Notes: generated from the letters alone by a model not told the origin. A DNA stretch of 64,000 bases from Terriglobia bacterium (GCA_965206645.1 CBDBKE010000004.1:1856001-1920000), one strand, 5' to 3'. Numbered from the stretch's first letter, positions 9,423-19,868 are shown. A program made the numbers and translations.

Positions 9423-11267
9423 CTATTTCACCCTCACCACCACCGTCTGGCTTCCAGAGATGACGTAGTCCACCGGAATGGCTTGCTGGTGGAGAGAAGA
9501 TCCCGTCCGGAGGGTCAGACGGTTTTGGGTCCGGCTCGGGTCAATGACGTTAGCCACCGAGGAAGGAAGGCTGGGCAGAACTTTGTCCTGGACAAACGCT
9601 GTGCGGCCGGGCCCCAGCAGAGTAATGTAGAGCCACCCGTTGGCGTGCTCCTGGTTCATCATGGAAATCAGCTGGGTCAAGCCGACCATCCGATTGCGGG
9701 ACAGCAAGGCCCTCTGAGACCGATTCACCACATCCGCGTCGCTGAATAAAATTCGGAGGTTGCCCTTGGGGGTCGTTGTCGGGATCGTCACACGGGCATC
9801 CTTGACCATGCGGTCACCTCGGTAGGGCCGCAGGAAAACTTTGAGGTCGAGGGTTTCTCCAGGGCGGACCTCGTTTTTTTGCACCCACACATGTTCGATG
9901 GCGGCCGTGCGCCGTTCCGGGATGACTTCGAAATCCGCCTTGACGCCAGAGATCTTGGGCGTCTCGAAAGGATTATTAAAGATTCGGGAGAAACGACCGC
10001 TGATCCAGGCGCTGAGGCCCATGGGGCCTCGCATCCTTCCCCTGCCCCCACTGTTGGGGTATAGGTTGTCCAGCTTCACGTCGGGGAAGCCGTCTAGCTG
10101 GATGGAACCGTTCACCCGGTAGGTGACTTCCTCGCCGTAGGCATTGGTGCGGAACAGGGTATTGAAGACGGTAAGCATCATGAGTAAGGGAGTGAATCTG
10201 GCATTTTGGAAGACGTGGAAGCGATACGTTCGGCTGTTGTCTCCAACGCGGACGCTGGCTTCCACCGGGATCATCGGCGCGGTCCGGCCCAGCACGCCGA
10301 GAATCCCCGAGTGGCGGTCCTGTCGCAGTGCGCCGACCACTTGGTCGGTGTTCACGATCTTAAACGAGACGAAGTCAGAGCCCAGCACCGTCACCACGTC
10401 GGCGGTCGCCATGGGCATCTCGATCTTGCCGAAGTTGAAGAAGGGATGGCCGAAGGCCAGGACCCGGTGACCGTCGTTGTACGTGACCGTGCCGGTGCCG
10501 GCCACGGACAGGTCTCCAGAAATTAGGACGCCTGAAACGGCCCCGCCCGGCGGGAGGGCCCGTTTCAGGGCCTCCGGGTCGGAAATCGGTTCGGGATTGC
10601 TCAGCGCGCTGCCCGCTCCCCCTTGGACCGGGGTGACCCCAAAGCGCCGGAAAACGTCGGTAAACTGTTGCAACACCTCGTCATGGAATCCGGTGAAGGC
10701 CAAGGGCGTTTCAATCGGCACCAGAAATGCGGCCGGGCTCGGCCCGCTGACTGGCTCCGGCTTCAGGAGCGCCTCGAACTCGGCCGACAGCGGCACCTCC
10801 TGCCCGGCAGTCCCGGCAGTCAAGGTCGCGCCAGGGCCCTTGCTCTCGTCGAGTTCCTTGATCTCCAGCATAAGCTCGGCAGGGGTGATCCCGGCTATCG
10901 GCTCGTGAGCAAACACTCCCACGCGCAGCGAAATAGCCCCCACCAGCTTGCCATCCAGGTAGACGGGGCTGCCGCTCATGCCGGCGGCCACGCCCGTTTT
11001 CTCCACCCTGTCTCCCAGCCGTGCCAGGATGATGTGCTGTCCGGGCCCCCAAACGTTCTTGAGCACGCCCAGGATTTCTACCGCGAAGGCCTCCACTTCC
11101 TTCCCTTCAAACACGGTGTACCCGACCGCCTTCATGCCTGGCCTGAGGTCTTGGACCGGGAAGGCCTCTACCGCCTGACCGGCCACCGGCACTGTCGGAC
11201 TCTCGGCGGCCAGGGTTAGACCGCAGAGCAGGAATGAAACGAATAAGGAAGCCAGCTTAGTTACCAT
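9423..11267 (-). CDS. SpoIVB peptidase S55 domain protein
   Basis: GVAAGMSGSPVYLDGKLVGA motif, LAFGHPF and a signal peptide. Confidence 0.9.
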   Translation of the reverse strand: MVTKLASLFVSFLLCGLTLAAESPTVPVAGQAVEAFPVQDLRPGMKAVGYTVFEGKEVEAFAVEILGVLKNVWGPGQHIILARLGDRVEKTGVAAGMSGSPVYLDGKLVGAISLRVGVFAHEPIAGITPAELMLEIKELDESKGPGATLTAGTAGQEVPLSAEFEALLKPEPVSGPSPAAFLVPIETPLAFTGFHDEVLQQFTDVFRRFGVTPVQGGAGSALSNPEPISDPEALKRALPPGGAVSGVLISGDLSVAGTGTVTYNDGHRVLAFGHPFFNFGKIEMPMATADVVTVLGSDFVSFKIVNTDQVVGALRQDRHSGILGVLGRTAPMIPVEASVRVGDNSRTYRFHVFQNARFTPLLMMLTVFNTLFRTNAYGEEVTYRVNGSIQLDGFPDVKLDNLYPNSGGRGRMRGPMGLSAWISGRFSRIFNNPFETPKISGVKADFEVIPERRTAAIEHVWVQKNEVRPGETLDLKVFLRPYRGDRMVKDARVTIPTTTPKGNLRILFSDADVVNRSQRALLSRNRMVGLTQLISMMNQEHANGWLYITLLGPGRTAFVQDKVLPSLPSSVANVIDPSRTQNRLTLRTGSSLHQQAIPVDYVISGSQTVVVRVK

Positions 11268-11540
11268 GTCCCCAGGTTCCTAGTCATGCTTTTAGGCTGG
11301 ACCTTTAAGGTTGCCCGAAAGCGGGAGGGTCGATTTTATTTTCTAATACCCCGGTAGCAACAAGCAAGGCCAAAGTGGCGGTCGTGCTGAGGCTTGCATC
11401 GAGCACCCGGCACCGGGAACCGCTGGACCCCTTCTAGCCGCTGCTAGCTGCCTTTTTGTCGCATCTGGCGTTTTGCGCTTGGCACTTTGTATGTTTGCCT
11501 GTAAGCTGAAGACCCTTCTGAATCTGAGGATACTGCGAAG

Positions 11541-13031
11541 ATGAACCTCTTGTTTCTCTACCCTGAGTTCCCTACCACCTTCTGGAGTTTCAAGCATGCC
11601 TTGAAGTTCGAGAGGAAGCGCTCGGCCTTCCCTCCGCTCGGCCTGATGACCATCGCCCCCCTTTTTCCTGCCGGGTGGAACCGACGTTTGGTGGACTTGA
11701 ACGTCGAGCCCCTGCGTGACCGCGACCTGAAGTGGGCGGACGTGGCGCTGATCAGCGGGATGCTGGTCCAGCAGGAGTCGATGGAGGAAGTGGCGCGCCG
11801 CTGCCGCCGCCATGGCCTGCCTGTGGTCATGGGCGGCCCAATTACCAGCGGAGTGGATTTCAGCCACCTCGCCGACGCGGTGATGCAGGGCGAGGCCGAA
11901 GACCTGATCGGGCAGCTCGCCACCGACCTCGAAGCCAGGAGCTTGAAGCCGGTCTACGGGCACCCGGAGCGGCCCTCGTTGCTTCGCTCGCCGCTGCCGG
12001 ACTTAAGCCTGATCCGCATCCAGAAGTACAGTGCCATGGCTCTCCAGTATTCACGCGGCTGCCCGTTCAACTGCGAATTCTGTGACATCATCGAAATTTA
12101 CGGGCGCAAACCGCGCACCAAGAGCCCCCCGCAGGTGGTGGAAGAGCTGGAATCGCTGCTGCGCGCCGGGTGGCGAGGCTCGGTGTTCATTGTGGACGAC
12201 AATTTCATTGGCAACAAACCCAATGTAAAGCAGCTTCTGCCGGTGCTCGCCGACTGGACCGAGCGGAATCACCACCCGTTTTACTTCCTCACCGAGGCTT
12301 CGCTGAACCTGGCCGAGGACGAGGAGCTGTTGGGGCAAATGCGCCGCGCCAACTTCGTGAAGGTCTTCCTGGGAATTGAGACACCGGTGGAGGCCAGCCT
12401 CATCGAGACGCAGAAATATCAGAATACCCGGAAGGATTTGCTGGAGAGCGTGCGTCTGATCCAGAGCTATGGTCTGGAAGTGATGGGTGGCTTCATCGTG
12501 GGCTTCGACAACGATCCGCCCAATATCTTCGAAGAGCAACTGCGTTTCATCCGCGAGAGCGCCATCCCCGTCGCCATGGTCGCGTTGCTCACGGCTCTGC
12601 CCAACACCCAGCTCTACCGCCGCCTCCAGCGTGAGGGCCGCCTGCTGATACAGAGCAGCGGCAATAACGTGGCCACGGATTGCAGGCTGAACTTCATCCC
12701 GCGGATGAATGCCGAGACGCTGGTCGATGGGTACAAGAACCTCCTCAAGGTCATCTACAATCCCGAAGAATACTACCGCCGCGCGTTGCGATTCCTGGAA
12801 CACAGTGGACCGAGCACTGCCCAGACCGTTCGCAAGCTTTCCGATTACCTAGCCTTTGGCACCTCCTTGCTGCGCCAGGGCGTCCTGGGAAGTTCGCGAA
12901 TGGCCTATTGGCGCTTCCTGATGCAGGCCGCGCGTCATCACCGTCACGAGTTTGGGACCGCAGTGGGCCTGGCCATCCGCGGCTACCACCTCCAGCAGAT
13001 CACGAAAACCTACTGCGGCAACACGCCCTAG
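11541..13031 (+). CDS. B12-binding radical SAM protein with DUF4070 (HpnP-related clade)
   Basis: FWSFK..FPPLGL, GGP, SRGCPFNCEFCDI (CxxxCxxC), VDDNFIGN and GIETP. Confidence 0.9.
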   Translation: MNLLFLYPEFPTTFWSFKHALKFERKRSAFPPLGLMTIAPLFPAGWNRRLVDLNVEPLRDRDLKWADVALISGMLVQQESMEEVARRCRRHGLPVVMGGPITSGVDFSHLADAVMQGEAEDLIGQLATDLEARSLKPVYGHPERPSLLRSPLPDLSLIRIQKYSAMALQYSRGCPFNCEFCDIIEIYGRKPRTKSPPQVVEELESLLRAGWRGSVFIVDDNFIGNKPNVKQLLPVLADWTERNHHPFYFLTEASLNLAEDEELLGQMRRANFVKVFLGIETPVEASLIETQKYQNTRKDLLESVRLIQSYGLEVMGGFIVGFDNDPPNIFEEQLRFIRESAIPVAMVALLTALPNTQLYRRLQREGRLLIQSSGNNVATDCRLNFIPRMNAETLVDGYKNLLKVIYNPEEYYRRALRFLEHSGPSTAQTVRKLSDYLAFGTSLLRQGVLGSSRMAYWRFLMQAARHHRHEFGTAVGLAIRGYHLQQITKTYCGNTP

Positions 13032-13130
13032 AAGGCGCCACCCGGACGCGAAGCGGCGGCAATTCACCAAATCATCAGCTTTAGCGCTCTTGCAAGGGGA
13101 CGAGAGAGGTTGGCTCCGGCGCCAGGTCCT

Positions 13131-13436
13131 TTAGGCGGCGACCAATACGTCAGCGCCCTCGACTTTGACCTCGTAGGTGGGAAGTTTGGCTGCGGGATTG
13201 AAAGCACATTGCCCGGTCTTCATATCGTACTGCCAGCCGTGCCAGGGGCATTCAACCGCATTCCCCTCCAGCGCGCCCTGGCCAATCGGCCCACCACGGT
13301 GCAGGCAGGTATTGTCCACCGCGTAGAATTGACCCTGGAGGTTAGCCACCGCGATTTTCTTGCCGTTGGCCTCCACCTCGCGCACGGTCCCTGTGGGGAT
13401 ATCGGCGACAGCCGCTACCTTGACGAACGCTGGCAT
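13131..13436 (-). CDS. Rieske [2Fe-2S] ferredoxin
   Basis: CLH...CPWHGW motif. Confidence 0.92.
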   Translation of the reverse strand: MPAFVKVAAVADIPTGTVREVEANGKKIAVANLQGQFYAVDNTCLHRGGPIGQGALEGNAVECPWHGWQYDMKTGQCAFNPAAKLPTYEVKVEGADVLVAA

Positions 13437-13453
13437 AAGGTGTTCCTTCCCGT

Positions 13454-14014
13454 TTACTTCGGTTGAGGAGTCTGGGCGATCATCACCTGGCTCTTGAAGT
13501 TTTCCACCATCGGGGGCGTCAGCCGCACTTCGGTGGGATGCTTGGCCAGGCTCATCTGGTCAATCTTGTCTTGCAGCTTGAGGAGCGCGTAAAACAGGTT
13601 CTCCGGACGAGGCGGGCAGCCGATGACATACACGTCCACCGGCACGATCTTGTCCACTCCCTGCAGGACCGCGTAGGTATTGAAGGGGCCGCCCACACTG
13701 GAACAAGCCCCCATGGAGATGACCCACTTGGGATCGGGCATTTGGTCGTAGACGCGTTTCAGCACGGGGGCCATCTTCAGGGTTACGGTGCCGGCCACAA
13801 TCATCAGGTCTGCCTGGCGCGGGCTGGGTCGGAAAACTTCGGCGCCAAACCGGGCGATATCAAACCGCGAGGTGCTGGAGGCGATCATCTCGATAGCGCA
13901 GCAGGCCAGCCCGAACGTCAACGGCCAGATCGCCGACTTGCGGGCCCAGTTGAACACGTAGTCTACCGAGGTGATGATGAAGTTCTTCTCGAATTTGTTC
14001 TGAAGATAGCCCAT
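13454..14014 (-). CDS. nuoB: NADH-quinone oxidoreductase subunit B (orphan)
   Basis: [27 protein letters not shown] and GCPPRPE. Confidence 0.96.
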   Translation of the reverse strand: MGYLQNKFEKNFIITSVDYVFNWARKSAIWPLTFGLACCAIEMIASSTSRFDIARFGAEVFRPSPRQADLMIVAGTVTLKMAPVLKRVYDQMPDPKWVISMGACSSVGGPFNTYAVLQGVDKIVPVDVYVIGCPPRPENLFYALLKLQDKIDQMSLAKHPTEVRLTPPMVENFKSQVMIAQTPQPK

Positions 14015-14115
14015 GCCTAGGCCTCAACACCCCCTGCGATAGCCCTTGTACAAGCTCTCCAGCATAGCACAACTGGCGGACCTTCGATCTCCCCTTCCGG
14101 AACGATTGCCGGCCG

Positions 14116-14412
14116 TTAGCCGCCGGCTATGGCCCCCACGACAATAAAAGGTTCGGCCCCTATCGCGACCGCCTCGGGCAGCGGGTTGTCCGGTAGTTCG
14201 TGGGACAGATCGTGCTCGCAGGCGAAGAACCTGAGGAACGCTCGGCGCTGTTGCGTGACGTGGTCGCGGAACGTCCCTCGCAACATCGGACACCTGGCCT
14301 CGAGAGCGTCGAGGACCGAGCGCTGCGTAACCGGACCTTCAACGTGGAGCTTCACCTCGCCGGCGATGTGCGCCAGAGTCCGCAGATGTGCCGGGAGCAC
14401 GACTCGGATCAT
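14116..14412 (-). CDS. MoaD/ThiS-family ubiquitin-like protein
   Basis: [11 protein letters not shown]...AIAGG-stop; ATG overlaps the upstream gene's stop. Confidence 0.88.
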   Translation of the reverse strand: MIRVVLPAHLRTLAHIAGEVKLHVEGPVTQRSVLDALEARCPMLRGTFRDHVTQQRRAFLRFFACEHDLSHELPDNPLPEAVAIGAEPFIVVGAIAGG

Positions 14413-15524
14413 GGCAGCATCTGGACTTCGACAGACAACACGGGCGGAAGATCCCGGACGATGGGAGTCCATCTGTCTCCGGCATCAGCCGACGCGTACA
14501 CCTGACCGCCGGTGGTGCCGAAATACACACCGCACGGATCGAGCGAGTCGACGGCCATCGAGTCGCGCAACACGTTGACGTAGCAGTTGCTTTGCGGCAG
14601 ACCTTTCGTGAGCGCCTCCCACTCGTTTCCCCCCGTCCGGCTGCGGTACACGCGCAGCTTTCCCTCGGGCGGATAGTGCTCGGAGTCGCTCTTGATCGGG
14701 ACGACGTAGACAGTGTCCGGCTCGTGCGCATGTACCTCGATCGGGAACCCGAAGTCGGTCGGCAAGTTCCCGCTGACCTCTTGTCACGACTCGCCGGCGT
14801 CGTCGCTGCGCATGACGTCCCAGTGTTTCTGCATGAACAGCACGCTAGGACGCGACGGGTGCATCGCGATGCGATGAACGCAATGGCCGACCTCGGCATT
14901 CGGGTCGGGGATGTGTTCGGACTTCAGTCCACGGTTGATCGGTCGCCACGTCTTGCCGACGTTGTCGGTCCGGAATACGCCCGCAGCCGAGATGGCGATG
15001 AAGATCCGCCCGGGACCGCTCGGATCAAGAAGGATCGTGTGCAGGCACAGCCCGCCGGCGCCTGGCTGCCACCGGGGCCCCGTGCCGTGGCCGCGCAGTC
15101 CGGCGAGTTCCTGCCACGTCTGGCCGCCGTCGGTAGAACGGAACAAGGCGGCGTCTTCAACCCCGGCGCAAACAGTGTCCGGATCGGTAAGCGACGGTTC
15201 GAGATGCCAGACTCGCTTGAACTCCCAGGGGTGCGGCGTGCCATCGTACCACTGGTGAGTGCCAGGGACGCCCTCGTACACGAACTTGTTACCCACCGGT
15301 TCCCAAGTCTTGCCACCGTCGTTCGAGCTCTGCATCACCTGCCCGAACCAGTCGCTGGACTGCGACGCATACAGCCTATTCGGGTCAGCGGGAGACCTCT
15401 TGAGATGGAAGATCGCCCAGCCCCCAAAGTGGGGGCCACTGATGTCCCAGCGTTCGCGCTTTGCGTCCGACGTCAGGACGAATGCGCCCTTGCGTGTGCC
15501 AACCAGTACTCGTATCTTGCTCAT
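14409..15524 (-). pseudogene. BNR/Asp-box beta-propeller (sialidase/glycosyl hydrolase-like) with an in-frame TGA at 14784-14786
   Basis: Asp boxes S.DGG.TW; [15 protein letters not shown] has the stop at the Asp-box Trp and the frame continues. Confidence 0.85.
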
Positions 15525-16019
15525 CCCTTACTCCTTCACGAGATTCCCTCCGGAACGACGTCTTGACTTCGGCGCTCGATCATTAGCACTGTAACTTTCG
15601 AAATGCACGTCATACTACGCCAGGTCGCGTTGACTTTACACCAGGGGCTCCTCGCGAACCACAGCGAAGTTCAGGATGCCGCCGGAGAATCGGCGTCCGC
15701 CTGGATTCAATCAAGCTAATCGCGTATTTCCCAGACACGGTTCCGGACGGGTGGTCGCCAACCCAGAAACTATCGCAGCGCTTTGCCGCTCCTCGTCTAA
15801 CGTCAGCGGTCACTTGGGCGTGCAGTCGGCTTACCGGAAACTGACCCATTACCTCTCCTCCAGGTGGGTTGTCTCCAATATAGCGATCCCAGGCGAACGC
15901 GTTGCGGCTCCCTCCTGGGGCAGCCCTCGCCTCCGGAACCATCGGTGCAATGACTAATGTTTCCTGGAACCGCAGAAGGTTTGACAGTGGTGGAGTAAAA
16001 TACTACGGGAAACGGGTCT

Positions 16020-17375
16020 ATGAAAGATTTCTCTGATGGCCTCCTTTCCCCCGACACCGCAGAGCAGGGGGAGCGTCCCCGAGGGGGATTTTGGTCGAAG
16101 CTGGCACGGTTTTGGAGCCCCGAAGAGGCTCCGGCTGCGGAGCCAGAACCGCTGTCGGACGAGGCGGCACCGGGTGAGTCGCCGGCACAAGCGGTTTCCG
16201 GAGAGGCTGAAATCCCGGACGAAGTCCTCAAGGTGACCCCAGCGCTGGCCGTCGAACAACCGGCCCCTGTCGAAGAGAAATTTGTCGAAGAGCAGCCTGT
16301 TGAAGAGCAACCTGAGACGGCTGCGCAGGGTCCACCCTCGCCCGACCGTGCGCAAGCGAAGGCTGATCTGGCGGCTGACCTGGCGGAAGAGAATGCGACA
16401 TTGCGGGCGGCCGCGGACAAGCAAGATAAGCAAGTGGATAAGCAACAGGAGGAGCTTGAGCGGCTCTCGCGGGAACTGGAGCACTCACGCCAGGCTGACG
16501 CAGAGGCCCTAGAAGAAATCCGGGCCGAAGTGGAGAGCGAGCGAAAACGCGAGCAGGAGGCCATTCAGGCGGCGCAGCAAAAGTTCTCGGCCGAGATGCA
16601 GGAGGTGTTGGCCCGGAACAACCAAATCCATTCGGAAGCAGAGAAGCTGCGCACCGATCTGACCCGCATGGGTTCCGAACTGCAACGCGTCAACGCCGAG
16701 CGGGAGCGCCTGCAGAGCGAATCCGACCAGCTGCGCAAGGAGACTGCCGGCATCCGGCAGGCTAGTCAGGAGGTGCCGCAGTTGAAGGAGGAGGTGCGGC
16801 GATTGGACCAGGAGTTGACGCAGGCGCGTGCGGCGTTGGACTCCGGCCGGGCGGGCGACTTGCGCGAGGCGGCGGAGCTGACCGCCGAATTAGTGCAGCG
16901 CGACGACGAGCTCAAGCGTCTGAACGAACGCATGGCTGGCCTGGAACAAGAGCTGTCTTCCCGCGGTTTTCTGGTCCCTCTGTCTTCTCTGGACCCGGCG
17001 TTGCAACGGGTTCTGGCCCACATGGGGACTGCGGTCGAGGCCCAACGCATTGTTACGGAACTCTGGGACCGCCTGTTGGAGCAGGAAACGCGCTACAATG
17101 CCGCTAACTCGGCCGCCGACGAAGCCACCCGCGAGGACACCAACCCCAACACCCACGAGGTGGACATGCTACGGAAGCAAATGGCCGAACTCTATCAGGA
17201 CTTGATCGCTCCAATTACTGTGCTTTCCGCCAGCGCCGACCTGCTGTTGATGCGGCAAGACATCCCCCAGGACGGGCTGGCTTCATTGGAGGAAATCAGA
17301 CAGAGCGCGGCCACGGTGCGCCAAGTCATTGCCGGGATGCAGCCAATTTCCTCACCGGGTCCTCACAAAGGCTGA
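16020..17375 (+). CDS. Long coiled-coil protein with an acidic N-terminus and a C-terminal HisKA-like helical hairpin
   Basis: Heptad-rich centre; C-terminal LYQDLIAPITVLSASADLL. Confidence 0.75.
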   Translation: MKDFSDGLLSPDTAEQGERPRGGFWSKLARFWSPEEAPAAEPEPLSDEAAPGESPAQAVSGEAEIPDEVLKVTPALAVEQPAPVEEKFVEEQPVEEQPETAAQGPPSPDRAQAKADLAADLAEENATLRAAADKQDKQVDKQQEELERLSRELEHSRQADAEALEEIRAEVESERKREQEAIQAAQQKFSAEMQEVLARNNQIHSEAEKLRTDLTRMGSELQRVNAERERLQSESDQLRKETAGIRQASQEVPQLKEEVRRLDQELTQARAALDSGRAGDLREAAELTAELVQRDDELKRLNERMAGLEQELSSRGFLVPLSSLDPALQRVLAHMGTAVEAQRIVTELWDRLLEQETRYNAANSAADEATREDTNPNTHEVDMLRKQMAELYQDLIAPITVLSASADLLLMRQDIPQDGLASLEEIRQSAATVRQVIAGMQPISSPGPHKG

Positions 17376-17564
17376 ACTTTCAAGCTCAGTGCACCTGCTT
17401 AGTGCGCCTGCTGTCGTTCGCGTTCTGACCCTCCTGGTGCGGATGACACTCCGGCAAGTTGTTGGCGTAGCGGCAGGCTTCAGCCTGCCAAGACCCATGG
17501 CGGCCTAAAAACCGCCGCTGCTTGTCAAATCCCGCTAATGCAGATAGACCCTGAGCCTTTCTGG

Positions 17565-17627
17565 GCATCCGGCATTCAGCAGCATCCGGCATTCAGCAAC
17601 CGGCAACCAGCAGCAACCGGCAACCAG
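17565..17627. repeat. Short tandem repeats (GCATCCGGCATTCAGCA x2, GCAACCGGCAACCAG x2)
   Basis: Read directly from the sequence, in the 5' leader of the sulfurtransferase. Confidence 0.7.
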
Positions 17628-17670
17628 ATTCATCGCGTTCTGACACGCACACCGAACAAGGAGAGCCGCT

Positions 17671-18534
17671 ATGGCCGAGTATGCGAATCCTGATGTTCTT
17701 GTCGGCACACAGTGAGTGGCGGATCACTCCAAGGACCCCAAGGTGTGGGTGGTGGAGGTGGACGTGGATACCTCCCAGTATGACCAGGGGCATGTTCCTA
17801 ATGCCATCGCCTGGAACTGGCAAACCCAGTTGCAGGATGAGGTGCGACGCGACCTGATCAGCCTGCGGGACTTTGAGGAGTTGATGAGCGCCAGCGGCGT
17901 AGCCAGCCAGACGACAGTGGTCGTCTACGGCGACAATAACAACTGGTTTGCCGCGTGGGCGTTGTGGCAGCTTAAGTATTATGGCCACGTCGACGTGCGA
18001 TTCATGAACGGCGGGCCGAAGAAGTGGATGGAAGAGAAGCGTCCCCTCACCAAGAAAGCGCCGAGCTTCCCTCGCACTCAATACCAAGCTAAGAAGCTAG
18101 AGGAGTCCATCCGAACCAGGCGTGACCTTGTGTCGAAGCACGTGGAGGCGCGTGACATCAACTTGGTAGATGTCCGATCGCCCGACGAGTTCACCGGGAA
18201 GATCATTGTGCCGCCGGGCCTGCCTGAGACAGCACAGCGCGCCGGGCACATTCCGACAGCGGTGAACATCCCCTGGTCGAAAGCGGCCAACGATGATGGA
18301 ACCTTTAAGTCGGCGGACGAGCTGCGCCAACTCTACGCAGGCGCCGGAGTGAAAAGCGGGCGAGAGACGATCGCCTATTGCCGGATCGGAGAGCGTTCGT
18401 CGCACACCTGGTTCGTGCTGAAGTACTTGCTGGGCTTCAAGAAAGTTCGCAACTACGACGGTTCGTGGACGGAATGGGGTAACCTGATCGACGCGCCCAT
18501 CGAGAAAGGCGCGAGCGCCGACGCCAAGGCATAG
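17671..18534 (+). pseudogene. Tandem-rhodanese thiosulfate/3-mercaptopyruvate sulfurtransferase with an in-frame TGA at codon 15 (17713-17715)
   Basis: AAGGAG RBS then MAEYANPDVLVGTQ*VADH; YCRIGERS active site and YDGSWTEW. Confidence 0.85.
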
Positions 18535-18806
18535 ATTGCCAACGCAACTTCCCGTCGAGGACCGGGTTTAAGACCGGCAAGGCCCGGTCCCTGATTCTCC
18601 TAAGCCCCTCACGCCTCCTATATGGAGGGCCGGGCCCACTCCGAATTCCTCCTATGCATTGCTGGGACCACGCCCGGTGCCTTGCAACAAGTGGGGCCCA
18701 GGCCACATATAGAAGCCAAGCCCTGCTCTAAGGCTCCGCTAGCGGCACGCCGACGTGCAACCATTTACCAAAGCTATTTATTTCGTATCGGACTGGATGG
18801 CGTGAA

Positions 18807-19868
18807 CTACAACGGCGGCCGAACGTAGTAGCCCTTGCGAGCGCGAATCTTTAGATCCTCCTCGCGAGCCACCACCTTGATCTTGCGGAATTTCCCGTCA
18901 ACTACCGGCTTGGGCGGGCGATAGCCGATGGTGTACTGCAGCTCCAGCTCTCTTTGGATTCGGGCGAGAGCCGTAGCCAAATGGGCGGCAGCTTCCGCTG
19001 CGTGCTTTCCCGTGCCAATCTGATAGATGGCGTTCGTATTGCCGATCTGGAGCCGAGACAGTTTGCCGGTGCCGTACTCAGCCGAAGGAGGTTCCTTCCA
19101 GGGAGCGACGATCCTGCCGCCGGTCTCCGCGGCTAGTTTCTCCAGCACTTTCTCCCCTGGACTGGTCCTGCCGTGAGCAATGGTGCTGATGGCGTAGATG
19201 GTGACCTCGGCCCGGCGTGCCATCTCCACCACCTGCTCCAGCGTGTACCGGCTGGCATCGTCTTCCCCGTCGGTGATGACGACCAGCACCCGGCGCAGCC
19301 CTCCCGGCTCGGTCTCCCGGAGCAGCTTTTCACGGCAGGCAAAATAGATGGCTTCAAACAAAGCCGTGCCGCCGCCCACCCTCAACTTCCGCACCGCTTC
19401 CGACAGATCGTTTGGGTCGTTGGTGAAATCCGTCACCACTTCCTTGGTGGTGTCAAAGGTCATCAGGAAGATCCTGTGCTTGGTCCTGCCCTTTAGCAGC
19501 GAGTGGACGAAATCAATGGCGGCGGTTTTCTCACCCTTGAACTGCATCCGGACGCTGTTGCTGGTGTCCAACAACAGCCCGACGCGCAATGGCAGCATGG
19601 AGATGGGGGTGAAGAAGTCTACGGGTACCTTTTTACCATCTTCGTAAACGGTGAAATCGGTTTGCTTGAGGTCAGTGACAAAACGGTCCTTGTGGTCAGT
19701 GACCGTAAAAGGCACGTGGACGCGCTCGACAGTGACTCGGATATTGGGGTCGGAGGAAGATGTCTCCGGCTCGGGCGATCCTTGCGCCCGGCACAGCACC
19801 AATCCCAGCGCGACCGCCATCACCAGGCTCGCTGACTTTCGAACCCACTGCCTGTCGCCACCCTTCAT
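18807..19868 (-). CDS. Secreted VWA-domain protein (Acidobacteria-type)
   Basis: MIDAS motif DTSNS, GGTALFEAI, ITDGED, QYTIGY.P and R.R.GYY end; start approximate. Confidence 0.9.
   Translation of the reverse strand: MKGGDRQWVRKSASLVMAVALGLVLCRAQGSPEPETSSSDPNIRVTVERVHVPFTVTDHKDRFVTDLKQTDFTVYEDGKKVPVDFFTPISMLPLRVGLLLDTSNSVRMQFKGEKTAAIDFVHSLLKGRTKHRIFLMTFDTTKEVVTDFTNDPNDLSEAVRKLRVGGGTALFEAIYFACREKLLRETEPGGLRRVLVVITDGEDDASRYTLEQVVEMARRAEVTIYAISTIAHGRTSPGEKVLEKLAAETGGRIVAPWKEPPSAEYGTGKLSRLQIGNTNAIYQIGTGKHAAEAAAHLATALARIQRELELQYTIGYRPPKPVVDGKFRKIKVVAREEDLKIRARKGYYVRPPL

Noticed and set aside
11541-13031. Calling this gene hpnP
   Set aside because: Motifs fit the broader DUF4070 sister clade and no hopanoid context is visible.
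15795-15830. attC-like GTCTAAC half-site
   Set aside because: No matching GTTRRRY end forming a full attC and no integron integrase.
14784-17715. Selenocysteine at the in-frame TGAs
   Set aside because: Both align to Trp rather than Cys positions, and I could not identify a SECIS.
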